A program made the translations under genes and the position numbers. The notes under the pieces are model-generated. The model did not search any database. It was given only the letters and a program-made list of their open reading frames with translations, and had not been told where the DNA came from. A DNA stretch of 64,000 bases from Macrostomum hystrix (Eukaryota > Animalia > Platyhelminthes), in the NCBI GenBank assembly GCA_950097015.1, contig CATNEN010000003.1:1302001-1366000 (forward strand), read 5' to 3'. Below, piece by piece: positions 37,423 to 54,763 of this stretch. Within the stretch, counting starts at the first letter, position 1; each line of letters opens with the position of its first letter.

Positions 37423-40400
37423 ATGAGCCACTTGGACGAAGGACGGATTGACAGCCAACGCTCGTCATCAGCCGCTGCTGGTGCAGTTAATGGAGACTGC
37501 GTCAGCAGCGAAGGCAAATGGCGAAAACGTTGGACCAGCCTCCTGCGCGAGGCCAACAAGAAGAACGACTTCAACAGGCGCAGTAGCAGTCGAGCGTCCT
37601 CTTCTGGCGCGCCTTCAGCCGGCGCATCCGCTTGCCATGTCGAGCCGACAGAAGATCGGGTGCATCCGAAGCATCAGACCGACGAGGATGTTGAAGATCA
37701 GGAGGATCGCGAGCCGCGGCGACTGGTTCGTCGAGCTCGACGACGAGTAAGACGAGCTGACGCCGCCAGAGCTCGCTTAGTGGCCGGCATCGACGCCGCT
37801 TTCGACGCGGCGGCCGGGGCGCTGGAGTTCGACCGGCGTCGCTTGATTGGTCGAGTGGCCGATGAGCTGGCGCCAGTGGATGGGCCCGGATTGGCTGCCC
37901 TGGCTGATCGGGTTGAGCAGATGATGATGACTACGGCAGCTGCCGCGGAGGCTGCGACTAGCCCGGATGTCGGTTGTGACGATGACGGGCGCAGGTATTT
38001 TCCTACGGAAATCATCATGGTTAGAAGGGGAGAGAGTGCCGCACCAAGTTCCTTGAGCTTGATTCTGCGGCGATGCCGCATTTATTTGGGGCGCAGCCGC
38101 CGAGAGAAGGCTTGGGGGGCTTGTCGTGCTTGAGGGAACAGTGAAAGTGTACACTGCCTGACGATGAGAAAGTCAAGGCATATGTACACACACTTGGTCT
38201 GTGTGTGCTCAGTAGTCATTGGAATGGGCAGAATGACCTCCTTGCAGGCTACGAGTCTACTGTCACTTAATGATGTGCCATTGCCCGCAGCCCTCCTGCA
38301 ATTCTTACGATTATCATGGTAATTTTAAATTCTGTATAGGCGAGGTTTCATTATTAAATGGTAATTAAGTGTTAGCTTAATAAAAGACCGATCATACCAG
38401 GGGATAAAGAGCATTGATTTCTACAATAACTCATTTTTCCTATTTTCACATCAAGCGACAGCTCTCATCGTTTGCGCCTGCTGCATCGTCAGCGACAAGA
38501 ATTCCTCACCGCCTGCCAGTCTCTCAGAGCGATGATGAGGATGCCAACATCGCCAGGCGCTGACTGCTGCCGTGCCAACAGCGTTAGCCGACGCAGCCGA
38601 CTTCGCTTTCGTCTGCACAGTCAGGAGGCTGTCCAGCTGGTCAGCCAGTTGGGCCGTCAAGCAGCCGATTCTCTGACCGTCTGTGATTTGGCCGACGATG
38701 ACGATGAAGATGCCGGTGATGATGGAGAAGCTTCGAACAACGATGACAGCGGCGATGAAACGTCGGCTGAAGACTTTCAAACTTCTGGCTCGTCGCGCTG
38801 CCACTCGTCCAGGGCCGCATCAGCCGCCGGCAGCCATAGACATCATCATCACCGAAGCAAGCGTCGCTTCATTCAACGAAGCGTCAGGACGCGCGGCAGT
38901 CCTTTGTCGATGGCCTACAATGGGGAGCCGAGCCGTCTGGTCTACCTGGCCGAGAACCTGACCAACGGCTGCCCGCCAAACTGCATCGGAGTGTACTCGA
39001 CTGCCGGCAAGTTCTTGCGCGAATTCCGTCTGGACCCAGCCTGGTCTGTCAATCCATGCCGGCTGGCCTTCGGTTGCGACTGGGGCGACCAGGCAGGAGG
39101 AGGCGGCTGCGGCGAGCTGCTGGTGTTGGACCAGCTGGGAAACTCGGTGTCTGGCTTAGAAGATCTGGCTGCGGCAGATGCGGTCAGGTGAGCGGTGTCA
39201 TACCTTGATGAGCGTCAAGCCACATCGCTCAAGACAATCAATTTTATTTAAAGGGTTGCGGCTCATTTTTGCGACAGTCGACTCTACTGACTCCTGAGCA
39301 CACAGAGGTAAATGTGTTAGCTCTCAAGCTTATACAACGCGGCCCGGTGGCAGAGCGGTTATCGCGTTTGCCTCTCGCGCCAAGGTCCCTAAGTTCGATT
39401 CCGCGGCGAGGCCAAATAATTAATTTGGAGCGCAGCCGCGGAGAAAAAACTTGGCGGATTGTCGTGCAATTTACGCCCTTAAGTGCCAACCTCTAAGGAA
39501 CAGTGAGAGTGTACACACCTGTCAGGGCAGATGTACACACCTGTCAGGGCAGATGTACACACCTGTCAGGGCAGATGTACACACCTGTCAGGGCAGATGT
39601 ACACACCTGTCAGGGCAGATGTACACACCTGTCAGGGCAGATGTACACACCTGTCAGGGCAGATGTACACACCTGTCAGGGCAGATGTACACTCCTGTCA
39701 GGGCAAATGTACACACCTGTCAGGGCAGATGTACACACCTGTCAGGGCAGATGTACACACCTGTCAGGGCAGATGTACACACCGTTGTGATCTTATTACC
39801 AGCGTACGGTATCTGTGTGCGTGTGTGCTCAGGAGTCAGCGAAATGGGCATAATTGCCCATCTCAAGTTTACTGTCAACAAACCATGTGCCCTTTGCCCA
39901 CAGTCCTCCTGCAACTATTAGTATTATTATTATTAAGCTTACACAATGGATTGCATCGTGTCATACAGTCGCTGTTTGTCAACAAACGCTTCAAAACACG
40001 ACTTTAGAGGCCGCGCTTTTGTTTTTATCCAGCCTGCGTCGTCAGTACCGTCCGAGTCGGCACAGCCGCTACTCCGGCTACCGGCCCGGTGATTTGAGCT
40101 GCCCTGGCGGAGGTCGCCTGGTCCTGGTGGCCTACCCGCGCGCCGGCCTGCTGGTTCTGGAGCGCGGCAGCTGCCGAGGCGAGTTCCAGCCGTTAGCCGA
40201 TGTGAACGTGCCGTCGCCTGTGAGGGCACTTCTGTCACCGCCACCGCCAACTGCGCAGCAGAATGTCAGAGCTGGTAGCGGCAGCCGTGGCGGCAGTCAT
40301 CGATCTCATCAGCAGCAGCAACAGCCGCAGCTGCTGCTAGTTCTGCAGCAACCGGCTGAGCAACATTTTGAGGTCGCTATCTATTTAGCTCCTGAAGAAA

Positions 40401-41234
40401 TGACGTCATGGACTGGCAGGTGAGCCGAAGTTTTTCGATCTCAAATCTCGCATCGGAAAACTTTTTAATTGAAATTAACTGGAATATGTGTGTGTCCTTT
40501 AGTGCTGATGACATTGATAATAAAAATATTACTAATTGCAATATTCGCACTATTTTCGGGCAATGGAACATCATTTGATGGCACTGGACATGCAGCCAAC
40601 GAGGAGGCAATTCTGCCCATTTCGCTGACTACTGAGCACACACGCACACAATCAGATAGGTGTGCACATCTGCCCTGACTGTCTCATATTCTTGGGCCTA
40701 CAAGGTCGTAAATTGCACGGAATCGAGCTCAGGACCTTGATTTGTGAAGAGACATACGCGACAAACCACTCCGCCACTCACCCCTTCCTTAGTACTGATG
40801 TTAAAACAGTTCTTTCGCAACTTTAATTTTGCTCGAATTCATAATAATTCACGTGCAACGTTGCTTTTTTCAGTTCTACGGGCCACGGCAAGCATCGAAT
40901 GCAGAAGCAGCAGCAACAGCAGCGTCCTAGAAACCGAGGCCTTCACCGAGTTGGTTACTCACAATGCCAGCCAAGGCTCATCAGCGAGCCAGATGGTTCG
41001 GGTATCTACCTGCTGAAGTCCACGAAGGTGTTCGTTCAACTGGAAGAACTATTTGAGCCTTCTTCAGCAACGGCGTCCAGTACCGCTGCTTCCGCGGCGT
41101 CAGCTCTTCAGGCTGAGCTGGTCTGGCGGGATCAGAGCGGCCAGGAGTGCTCAGATGTGGTCTCAATCGGACCCGACCGGTTTCTGGTGGCCGACAAAAG
41201 AGCCCGCCGTCTGTTTGTGCTCTCAGCGGAGTAA
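37423..41234 (+). CDS. Coiled-coil + NHL-like beta-propeller protein (TRIM-NHL-like, no RING/B-box seen), ~683 aa
   Basis: join(37423..37994,38456..39187,40033..40419,40874..41234), all introns phase 2 GT-AG. BBC-like helix ARARLVAGIDAAFDAAAGALEFDRRRLIGRV; NHL-like blades PLSMAY..VYLAE..IGVYSTAGKFLREF, PCRLAF..ELLVLD, SDVVSIGPDRFLVADKRARRLFV. Confidence 0.72.
38060..38315 (+). mobile_element. SINE family A, partial, in intron 1
   Basis: ATTTATTTGGGGCGCAGCC..GAGAAGGCTTGGGGGCTTGTCG..TTGCCCGCAGCCCTCCTGCAATT match 10355-10717. Confidence 0.85.
39338..39934 (+). mobile_element. SINE family A, full length, with an internal 22-bp tandem expansion (39511-39783)
   Basis: A/B boxes, ATT tail, TSD AAGCTTAYACAA (39326-39337 / 39935-39946); ~12 copies of GTACACACCTGTCAGGGCAGAT. 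Confidence 0.92.
40530..40790 (-). mobile_element. SINE family A, degenerate, in intron 3
   Basis: GGAGGCAATTCTGCCCATTTCGCTGACT..CATCTGCCCTGACT is the reverse complement of the family A body. Confidence 0.8.
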
Positions 41235-41433
41235 GGTTTTGCGGTGAATGGAACAAACTTCTGCTTGTCAACTCAAGGATCTGAGAATTCGCGGTATTCA
41301 ATAGTAATTTCTGTTTGAGTAGGCTCTTGTAAATTTATATGGGCCAGTAATTAATACGGAAACCGTTCAGGAAAACTTCTCGACTGTACGCAAGGGGAAT
41401 CCCTCTCTACGGACATTATCAGAAACGTCTGTT

Positions 41434-41665
41434 CCCCTCTTTAAGTACATAATGGGAAACTTCCTTATACAAGGGCAATCCCTCTTTAAGTACATTTTAG
41501 GAAAATTCCCTATGCAATGGAAATCCCTCTTTAAGTACATTTTAGGAAAATTCCCTATGCAATGGAAATCCCTCTTTAAGTACATTTTGGGTAACTTCCT
41601 TACGCAAGGGAAATTCCTCTTTAAGTACATTTTGGGAAACTTCCTTATACAAGGTAAATCCCTGT
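41434..41665 (+). repeat. 45-bp minisatellite (~5 copies)
   Basis: Unit TCCCTCTTTAAGTACATTTTAGGAAAATTCCCTATGCAATGGAAA with variants. Confidence 0.88.
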
Positions 41666-42618
41666 TTGAATGCAATAAATCAAATAAATTGCATTCTTGG
41701 AAGCTTGCGTGTTGATGTTAATAAGAAATTGAAATCCCAATTGCAGCTATAGAGACAAAAAAATCGTAAACAAAGCTTACTTATATATATTTTTTTTACA
41801 TCTCTCTCACTAATACACACGTCAATTTTTTTGCTTTCTGAAGCAGTAGTTAGTTTCTGCTTGAAATTTTACTGCGTTTTTATATTATTTTAAAATAAAA
41901 AAATATAAAATTTGAAAATTTTAATTATTTGCACTGTGTCTACGTTTAATCGAATGTTTGCCATGAATTTAGTGTAAAATGGTTCTAGTATTTATATTTT
42001 AGATCGGTTTTTAATTATTTTTTCTAAGGATTATATCTTGTATATCTTTTAATATCTTAAAAAGCGATCATCTAGTGGCATTTTCTGTATGAATCATGGA
42101 AATTAATATTAAATTACGTATTTTTTTGATCAATTTTAACTGTTATAAAAACATCAAATATATTATATATATATTATTTATTTTAACTTGCACTTTTGAT
42201 TAATGAAAATAAACTTTTCTCTTAAATATTCATTCTCAGAAATTCTAGAACTAATATTTTGAAATCAATCTTGGCCTTAGTCTCTCTAGAGACAGGCAAA
42301 ATTAAGAGTCAACTAATCAGTAATCCCTAAAGTCGTGGTTCAGCAACTTTATTTGTAGAGCTGACTCATTGAGATTCGGCTACTGCAGAGGGCTGAGAAA
42401 AACAGTTTTAAGTAATCAAATATTGGCCAACTTCTCCGTCAAGTATTACTATGCCCATCACGCGCTACCCATGCAATTCAATTATTGAAACCTTGTGCGG
42501 CTAATTAATCAAATCGTAATTAGAATGCACAAAAGGTTACTACTTAAAATACTGTTGCTTTTTTATTTCGAATGTTCGTTTCGTTTGTTAACTCAGAAAT
42601 CTAACCTGTTCCTGAATG

Positions 42619-42891
42619 AACCTGTCATACAGGAACCCAACCTGTCATTCGGGAACCCAACCTGTCATTCAGGAACCCAACCTGTCATTCGGGAACCCAA
42701 CCTGTCATCCAGGAACCCAACCTGTCATTCGGGAACCCAACCTGTCATTCAGGAACCCAACCTGTCATTCGGGAACCCAACCTGTCATTCAGGAACCCAA
42801 CCTGTCATTCGGGAACCCAACCTGTCATTCAGGAACCCAACCTGTCATTCGGGAGCACTAGCATGGATTGTGGGGGGGCACTAGCATGGAT
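42619..42891 (+). repeat. 20-bp array (RGGAACCCAACCTGTCATTC)n followed by 1.5 units of CACTAGCATGGATTGTGGGGGGG
   Basis: Same two unit families as 35410-37217. Confidence 0.92.
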
Positions 42892-43390
42892 AAGGGGCGG
42901 CGGGCACCACTATTGAAGGGACAACGAGATTAATTTTGGTGGAGGCGTCAGGGATCCGATTATAGAGAGGGACCGCAGAGTCCATTGCCCCATTAAATGG
43001 CAGCAGCCTGTGGCACAGCGCAGATATTACGCAGCACTTCCAAATACTGCATACAGCAGTTCAGTCCATGGACTGGTGGGCCACAAAGGTGGTTCAGATT
43101 AGAAATCGTGTACTATCGAATGTCAATCGGCAATAAACTTCTGGCGAAATAAATAAGTTCTGAAATAGTCGAACATGAAAGGCATTTTTTAATCCAAGTC
43201 CGATCGGCATCAAAACAACAAAACACGCCATCTTCAGTTCCACAACGGACAATTGAACAGGCCGCACGTATCACCCGGATTCACTCGCAGATCAAACATT
43301 ATATTTGATTTTAACATGTCCCCTAATCCACAAGATTGTTTAACAACACTATTCCAAAGAATCATCCCGTTTATTCAGTCCCAAACTGGC

Positions 43391-46300
43391 TTAGGCGGCG
43401 GTGACAGTGACGCCGTAGACGCGGATAACACCGTCGGTGTAGCCGGCGAACAGAGTCTGACCATCGGAGCTCCAGGCCAAGCAGAGGCAGTCAGGGCTGG
43501 AAGGCTTCCGCTTGGTGTTTCCGGCGGCAGTTGAGAACACTTCGGAGCGGAGATCGTCAACCAGGAGCTTGTTCTCCAGGTCCCAGATTTTAATGACGGG
43601 ACCAGCGGCGGCGCACAGCCAGTAGCGATTCGGCGAGAATGCCATGGCGTTGATAGTTTCGCCAGCCTCCAGGGTGTACAGGTGCTTGCCCTCGTTTAGA
43701 TCCCACAGCATGGCCTTGCCGTCCTTGCCGCCGGAGGCGCACAGGCTGCCATCAGGGCTGATGGCCACGGTGTTGAGGTAGCCGCTGTGGCCGATGTGGT
43801 TCGTGCGCAGTTTGCAGTTGGTCAGGTTCCACACCTGGCATCAGACAGAAATATATTGAGAGTGTGAGACGAGGGGAGGAAGGCACCGCTACATCATTTG
43901 GTGACACTAGACCCGCAGCCATCGATGAGGCAATTCTGCCTATTCCGCTGACTTCTGCGCACACACGCAGACAGGTGTTTACGAGCTAGACCTAAACACC
44001 TATCTAAACGTGTTAGACCGCTCTGCCCACCAAGTGTGAGTATAGAAAATACAATTTAGTCTAGGCGGAGCTGCGTACTCCGAATGGGTCTAGCGAATTC
44101 AGTATAGCACTCATATTGCATGTAAACTAAAATCGGTAGAATAGAATACGGGGAGGCCATATTAAGGTGAATTCAAAGTCTCACCTTGACCAGGCGGTCA
44201 ACACCGGCGCTAACAATGATGGGATTGGCCGCATTAGGCGAGAAGCGCACGCAGCTAACCCAGTCCGAGTGGCTCTCCTCGGTGATGGTGTACTTGCAGA
44301 CGCCCAGGCAGTTCCACAGCTTGATAGTGCGGTCACGCGAGGCGGACACAATCTGGCGATTGTCTGCGCTAAACGCCACGGAGGTGACATCCTTGGTGTG
44401 GCCAACAAACCGGCGGGATGTCAGGCCAGTGGTGAGATCCCATAGACGCAGGGTGCCGTCCCAGGAGGCTGACAGGGCGAACTGGCCGTCAGAGGACATC
44501 ACAACGTCGGAGACGAAATGGTTGTGACCTCGCAGAGAACGCTTCGGAAAGCCATAGGAGTCGCCGCGAGTCAGTTCCCACATGATCAGGCTCTTGTCTA
44601 GATTCGAGAGAATAAATAGTTTACTTAATGCCAGATCATGGCCATTGTGAATTGCATCACGTGTTCAAGGTTTCGTCTAGTTTATACAGTTTGGATTGAA
44701 TCACAGCCCAGCTGTGACTAGACAGTGGTAAAGCCGCAGCTATGCAAAGTTGCTTCTAAATGCTGGAATGAAACCATTATCTGATCGGTTTTATAGGTTT
44801 GAATGGCTATAGATCCAGCAGAATCTATACACAATTGCTCATATTACAAGTATTATCTTGTTCTACCAGACCACAATTTTGAATGGCCAGAGATCCAACT
44901 GTGAAGTGCTAGCATTTCAATAATCGCAGGTACAAAGCACATGTCAGACACAAATTTATTAATTAATGTCATGTGCACTGTACTAGGCCTGCACAAGTTG
45001 CCTAGACAACTTACATAAGCCAGTTGCATTATTACTGGCTGCTCCAATGCTCTTATTTTTACCACTTGCCATGCTGATAGTAGCTGACTAGCTTTCTGTT
45101 CCATCTAATTAAGGTTCAGTAGTTACTTATTTTGACTAAAGGTAGTTACTTTTTGTTTATAGTATTGTTATTGGGCTTCTTGAACTTTAATCCTATAAAA
45201 TACTTTGGGTATTTCAATCAACTTCAAACTTCAGTGGATTCTCAACAAAATGTATTTTGTAGCTTACCTTTTGCTTTAAAAATAACATGTACAGTAATAG
45301 GTGCATGTTTATGGTTACTTTTAAATGAAAAATGTAATTTAAATTAATCCAACTGGACCTTATCTTATGTTGCTTTGCAAAAAACTATTTTTACTGCCAT
45401 TAAGAAAACTTATGCAATCTTTTAGACTAGACAAAACTCTGCTAGGTAATTTGTTAAAAAAAGTTTTTAATACATGCAGTTACTATGTTTGCAATTGAAA
45501 CATAAAGGTTAACAAGAAACCCTTAAGCTGTTATATAATAAATAGGATTGATATTCAATAGGTTCACAGGCCTCTATTGAAGTTTAATCCTACTAATTGT
45601 CAATACACTTAATTTAGCCTAGCTAGCTACCCAAAACCCTTCATTCTGTTTCACTTGTGTGTTAGCTATTCTTATATATTTGGGTTGTATGCTTGGGTAA
45701 TTCATTTTGTAATCATGACTAATATAGTGTAAAATAAGGAGCAATTAAAATTATAAACAGAAAATATAAACACATTTAGAATGTAAACACAACTAAAAGT
45801 ACCTTAAATGCACAAAATATATTCATGCAGCTCATATACTTTCTTATATATCATATATAACCATAAGCATAGCATATATAACCAATTCACCACAATCAAT
45901 ACATACAACCTATACATACACACAACACAATCATCTATGAAAGCTAAAGCTAAAGATATGAAAACAAATTGTCTTTTCTGGCAATATATTTTATCATAAC
46001 TATTTTCAATAATAAAAAATATATTTTAGACTAATATGTTATTACATTTCTCAGACTTTTTCCAAATAGTTGTTTTGTCTGCCAGTAGGGCCTAGAAGAA
46101 AGGATGGCAGACAAAATGACCCCACACCAATTGTATTAGAACATAAAGCACAATTCTAAGTGGGCCAAGATTTGTTCTAGCACACCGCCCATAGTCCGGA
46201 TCATGTCGTTTACGCCGGAGATCTCCGGCGTAAATCTGGTTTGGGATCGTAGGCTGGCGTAAGTGCTTGGCGTAAGTATAGGCCAAAATGTGCCTTGGCG

Positions 46301-47440
46301 TAAGTGCTTGGCGTAAGTATAGGCCAAAATGTGCCTTGGCGTAAGTGCTTGGCGTAAGTATAGGCCAAAATGTGCCTTGGCGTAAGTGCTTGGCGCAAAT
46401 ACATGGCATAAATCAAGTGGCGTAAATGTTAGCACAAATGAGATCATTCACGATCAAATGTATCACTATAGAACATAACACATTTGCGTTAATTAGGAGC
46501 AGCATTAAAACAAAGTTCATTAAAATATTGCAGTTCGTATAAATGAGATAGCAGAATATCTATTGTAGGATAGCAAAAGTTTTTTTAGCTTTAAGATGCT
46601 TACTTTGATACTTGATTCAGAATTTGCAACTTGTGAGGTTTTTAAACAGTTGCAACTTATGAATTTAATTAATCACCGATTAACATGATTTGTGAAGGAC
46701 CTTTTTTTGGGTGGCGTAAGTCAGAGGGACCTTTTTTTGGTTGGCGTAAGTCTGGCGTAAGTGCCAAAAATGTTGGATTTTTCTTCCGGCGTAAGTCCAG
46801 CATGATCCGGACTATGGCACACCGCCATCTTCTTGACCATGTTATAAGGTTAAGTGCCAGATCTCTAGCCACTGCCCTTTTAAGGAAGATTTGTATGCCA
46901 AAACATATTTCAAAGGAAAAATTCCTGTATACTGACACCTACCTGAGGATAGGCCCTAGGCATGCTTGAAGATTAAGAATTTCATTTTTTCCTAGGGGAG
47001 GTACACCACCCCACTCCCAAGAAAATTTTTGGCTATGCAATTGACTAGTAGCCACAGTAGTTTGAAAGAATATAGTTATTTGTTAAAGCCTCTTAAACGT
47101 CAGTATTTAGTAGGCCCTTTCAGTATTGAACTTCAGTATTTTAATACATTAATTAAACCTGCAATAGTGCAAAACTAAAGGATCGCCTATTATACTTTGA
47201 ACACGTATTTTACTAGTTGCAAAAAATATTTTAAACTGTAATAAAAGAGCACTACAGGAGAAAGAGGTTTACCATTAAAAACATTTTTGTACATGTATAG
47301 CTGAAGAAATAACAACAGGTCAAGAATTTACCTCGACTTGAAGACAGTATCATATCCGGGAATTCGGCATTAGTGGCAATTTGTGTAACCCAACCATTAT
47401 GGCCAGTCAGAGTACCTTTAAAAGTTAAGCGTTCAGTCAT
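43391..47440 (-). CDS. RACK1: Receptor for activated C kinase 1, WD40 ribosomal scaffold, 321 aa
   Basis: complement(join(43391..43834,44185..44597,47332..47440)). [87 protein letters not shown]. Confidence 0.98.
43880..43980 (-). mobile_element. SINE family A 3' fragment in RACK1 intron 2
   Basis: ACATCATTTGGTGACACTAGACCCGCAGCC..GAGGCAATTCTGCC matches the family A tail region. Confidence 0.75.
46189..46817. mobile_element. MITE with perfect 17-bp TIR and 8-bp (or 10-bp) TSD in RACK1 intron 1
   Basis: CCATAGTCCGGATCATG / CATGATCCGGACTATGG; TSD CACACCGC (46181-46188, 46818-46825); many GGCGTAAG motifs and an internal 41-bp tandem repeat at 46255-46395. Confidence 0.9.
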
Positions 47441-48188
47441 TCTAACTTAGTCGTGCTATAGACCTACTGCTTTCCAAAACAACAATAACCTTACTACTAG
47501 CAGCGAGCGAAACGCGTGAAATAGTCGATCGGATCAGCAGGGATTTAAAAAACAAGTGATTTTTCAGATTAAGAGCATAGTACGGTTTATGCGCTTTTAC
47601 GCTATAAAAATATAAATTATAAAATTTAAAAGTTGTCACATTAGCTAGATTTAGCATCTTTTTTTGCCAAACCATTTGTACTTTTGTTTTAATATCTTTA
47701 AGGAGTAAAGCAAATGCTTTTTTTATTAGAAGAATTGAAGTTACCTTTCTGGCATAGAGCAAAAGTTTTAATTCTTATATATAATAACAGATAGGCCTTA
47801 CATCAATAACATCAGTTGCATATAAATCGGGGGCATAAAGTTTTCAATTTTCTTGTAGCTGTTTTTTAATAAAATAGGGGGTCGCATCCACTTTTTTATA
47901 TTTCTCGGTGTTTTTTATTGTCTTTGAGTTTAAGGCTGTTTAAAATTAAAGTCAAAAGAACACTGTAAAGTCTCTATATAAAATTGTCCAGATGAGCCTG
48001 TAGCATACTTATTTGCTGATTGTTCAAGAGCTTCGTATTATATAATTTAGCCAATTAAAATATTTTTTCACTGTTTATTACTTCCTTTATTGGTTGTTAC
48101 ATGCTAATTTAAAACTGTTATTGACATTTATATTTTAGCAGCTTTTTTATTTTTTTATAGAGCTTGCTAGCTAGCAATAAATTAGATA

Positions 48189-53777
<5,589 letters not shown>

Positions 53778-54763
53778 TTAGTTTTGCACTTTTCTACTCT
53801 TCTATCTGCTTCTAATAACTAACTTTGTCAGTTTATTTTGAGTCTATTATTGTCTATGATGAACTGTGTGATTAAAACATTATTCGAAAATAGTTATTCA
53901 ACTCACTAGAAACTATGAGTAGGAAGGTAAGCGTTTTATTACAATTTTTGTTGTTTTATTTTAATTAGAAATACTTTGTTGATGTGAAATTTGTTTTTTT
54001 TTCTACTAATCTTGCGTTGCTAACAGTCTTTTGCAATCATTTTCAGTTAGCTTATTTCCTACTGTTTGGGCAATAAATAGAGTTTAGTTCTGTTTATATT
54101 AACTTCGCTGTTAATTTTGGCACCCCGTGTGATTTTTAAATGCTTTATTTATTTATCTATATATATTGTACTCATTTTCATATTTGGTTAATTTTGGCTA
54201 GCTGTTATTCGTTTTTACAGATTAGTGATTTTTAGTGCCGTTTGTCCAGTTGCTATGGTAACTCTCTATTTTTAATACTTATTTGTGGGGAAATGTTTCT
54301 AGTTTTTAGTAGAAAACGTAGTATCTGGAAAAATCGGGTCGATATGGAGTGCGTTATTCTTAATAATACTGGTTGCTAAGGTAGACCATATCTTAAGTTG
54401 CTACAAAATACTTTGTAGTACTATACTAGTTTCCAAGCAATACTCTTAGCCCTTGTAAATATTAGACTGGTTGCTTAAAATATAACTGGCTTGATTATTT
54501 TGTGGGTCTAGTTTTTAGTAAAGAAACGTTTAACACTTTAATATTGTGTTTTTATTTTAATGTTCACAAAAAATTGTTAGCCATGGAAATGTATTTTGTT
54601 TTTTGTCATTTTTCACATATTGGTTTATTTTATTCAGCCTGTTGAATAGCTAACCCTATTAATGTGAATCCTGCGACTGTTGTAGCTCACAGTTGCTCAA
54701 GTAAGCATATTAAGGCCTTCCGAGTTTAATTTCGTTTCATTTTCTAGAATATGTTTAAAACAC

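Noticed and set aside
43835-47331. Intronic snoRNAs (vertebrate RACK1 is a host gene)
   Set aside because: No convincing C/D box pair with terminal stem found by eye; snoscan or Infernal would be needed.
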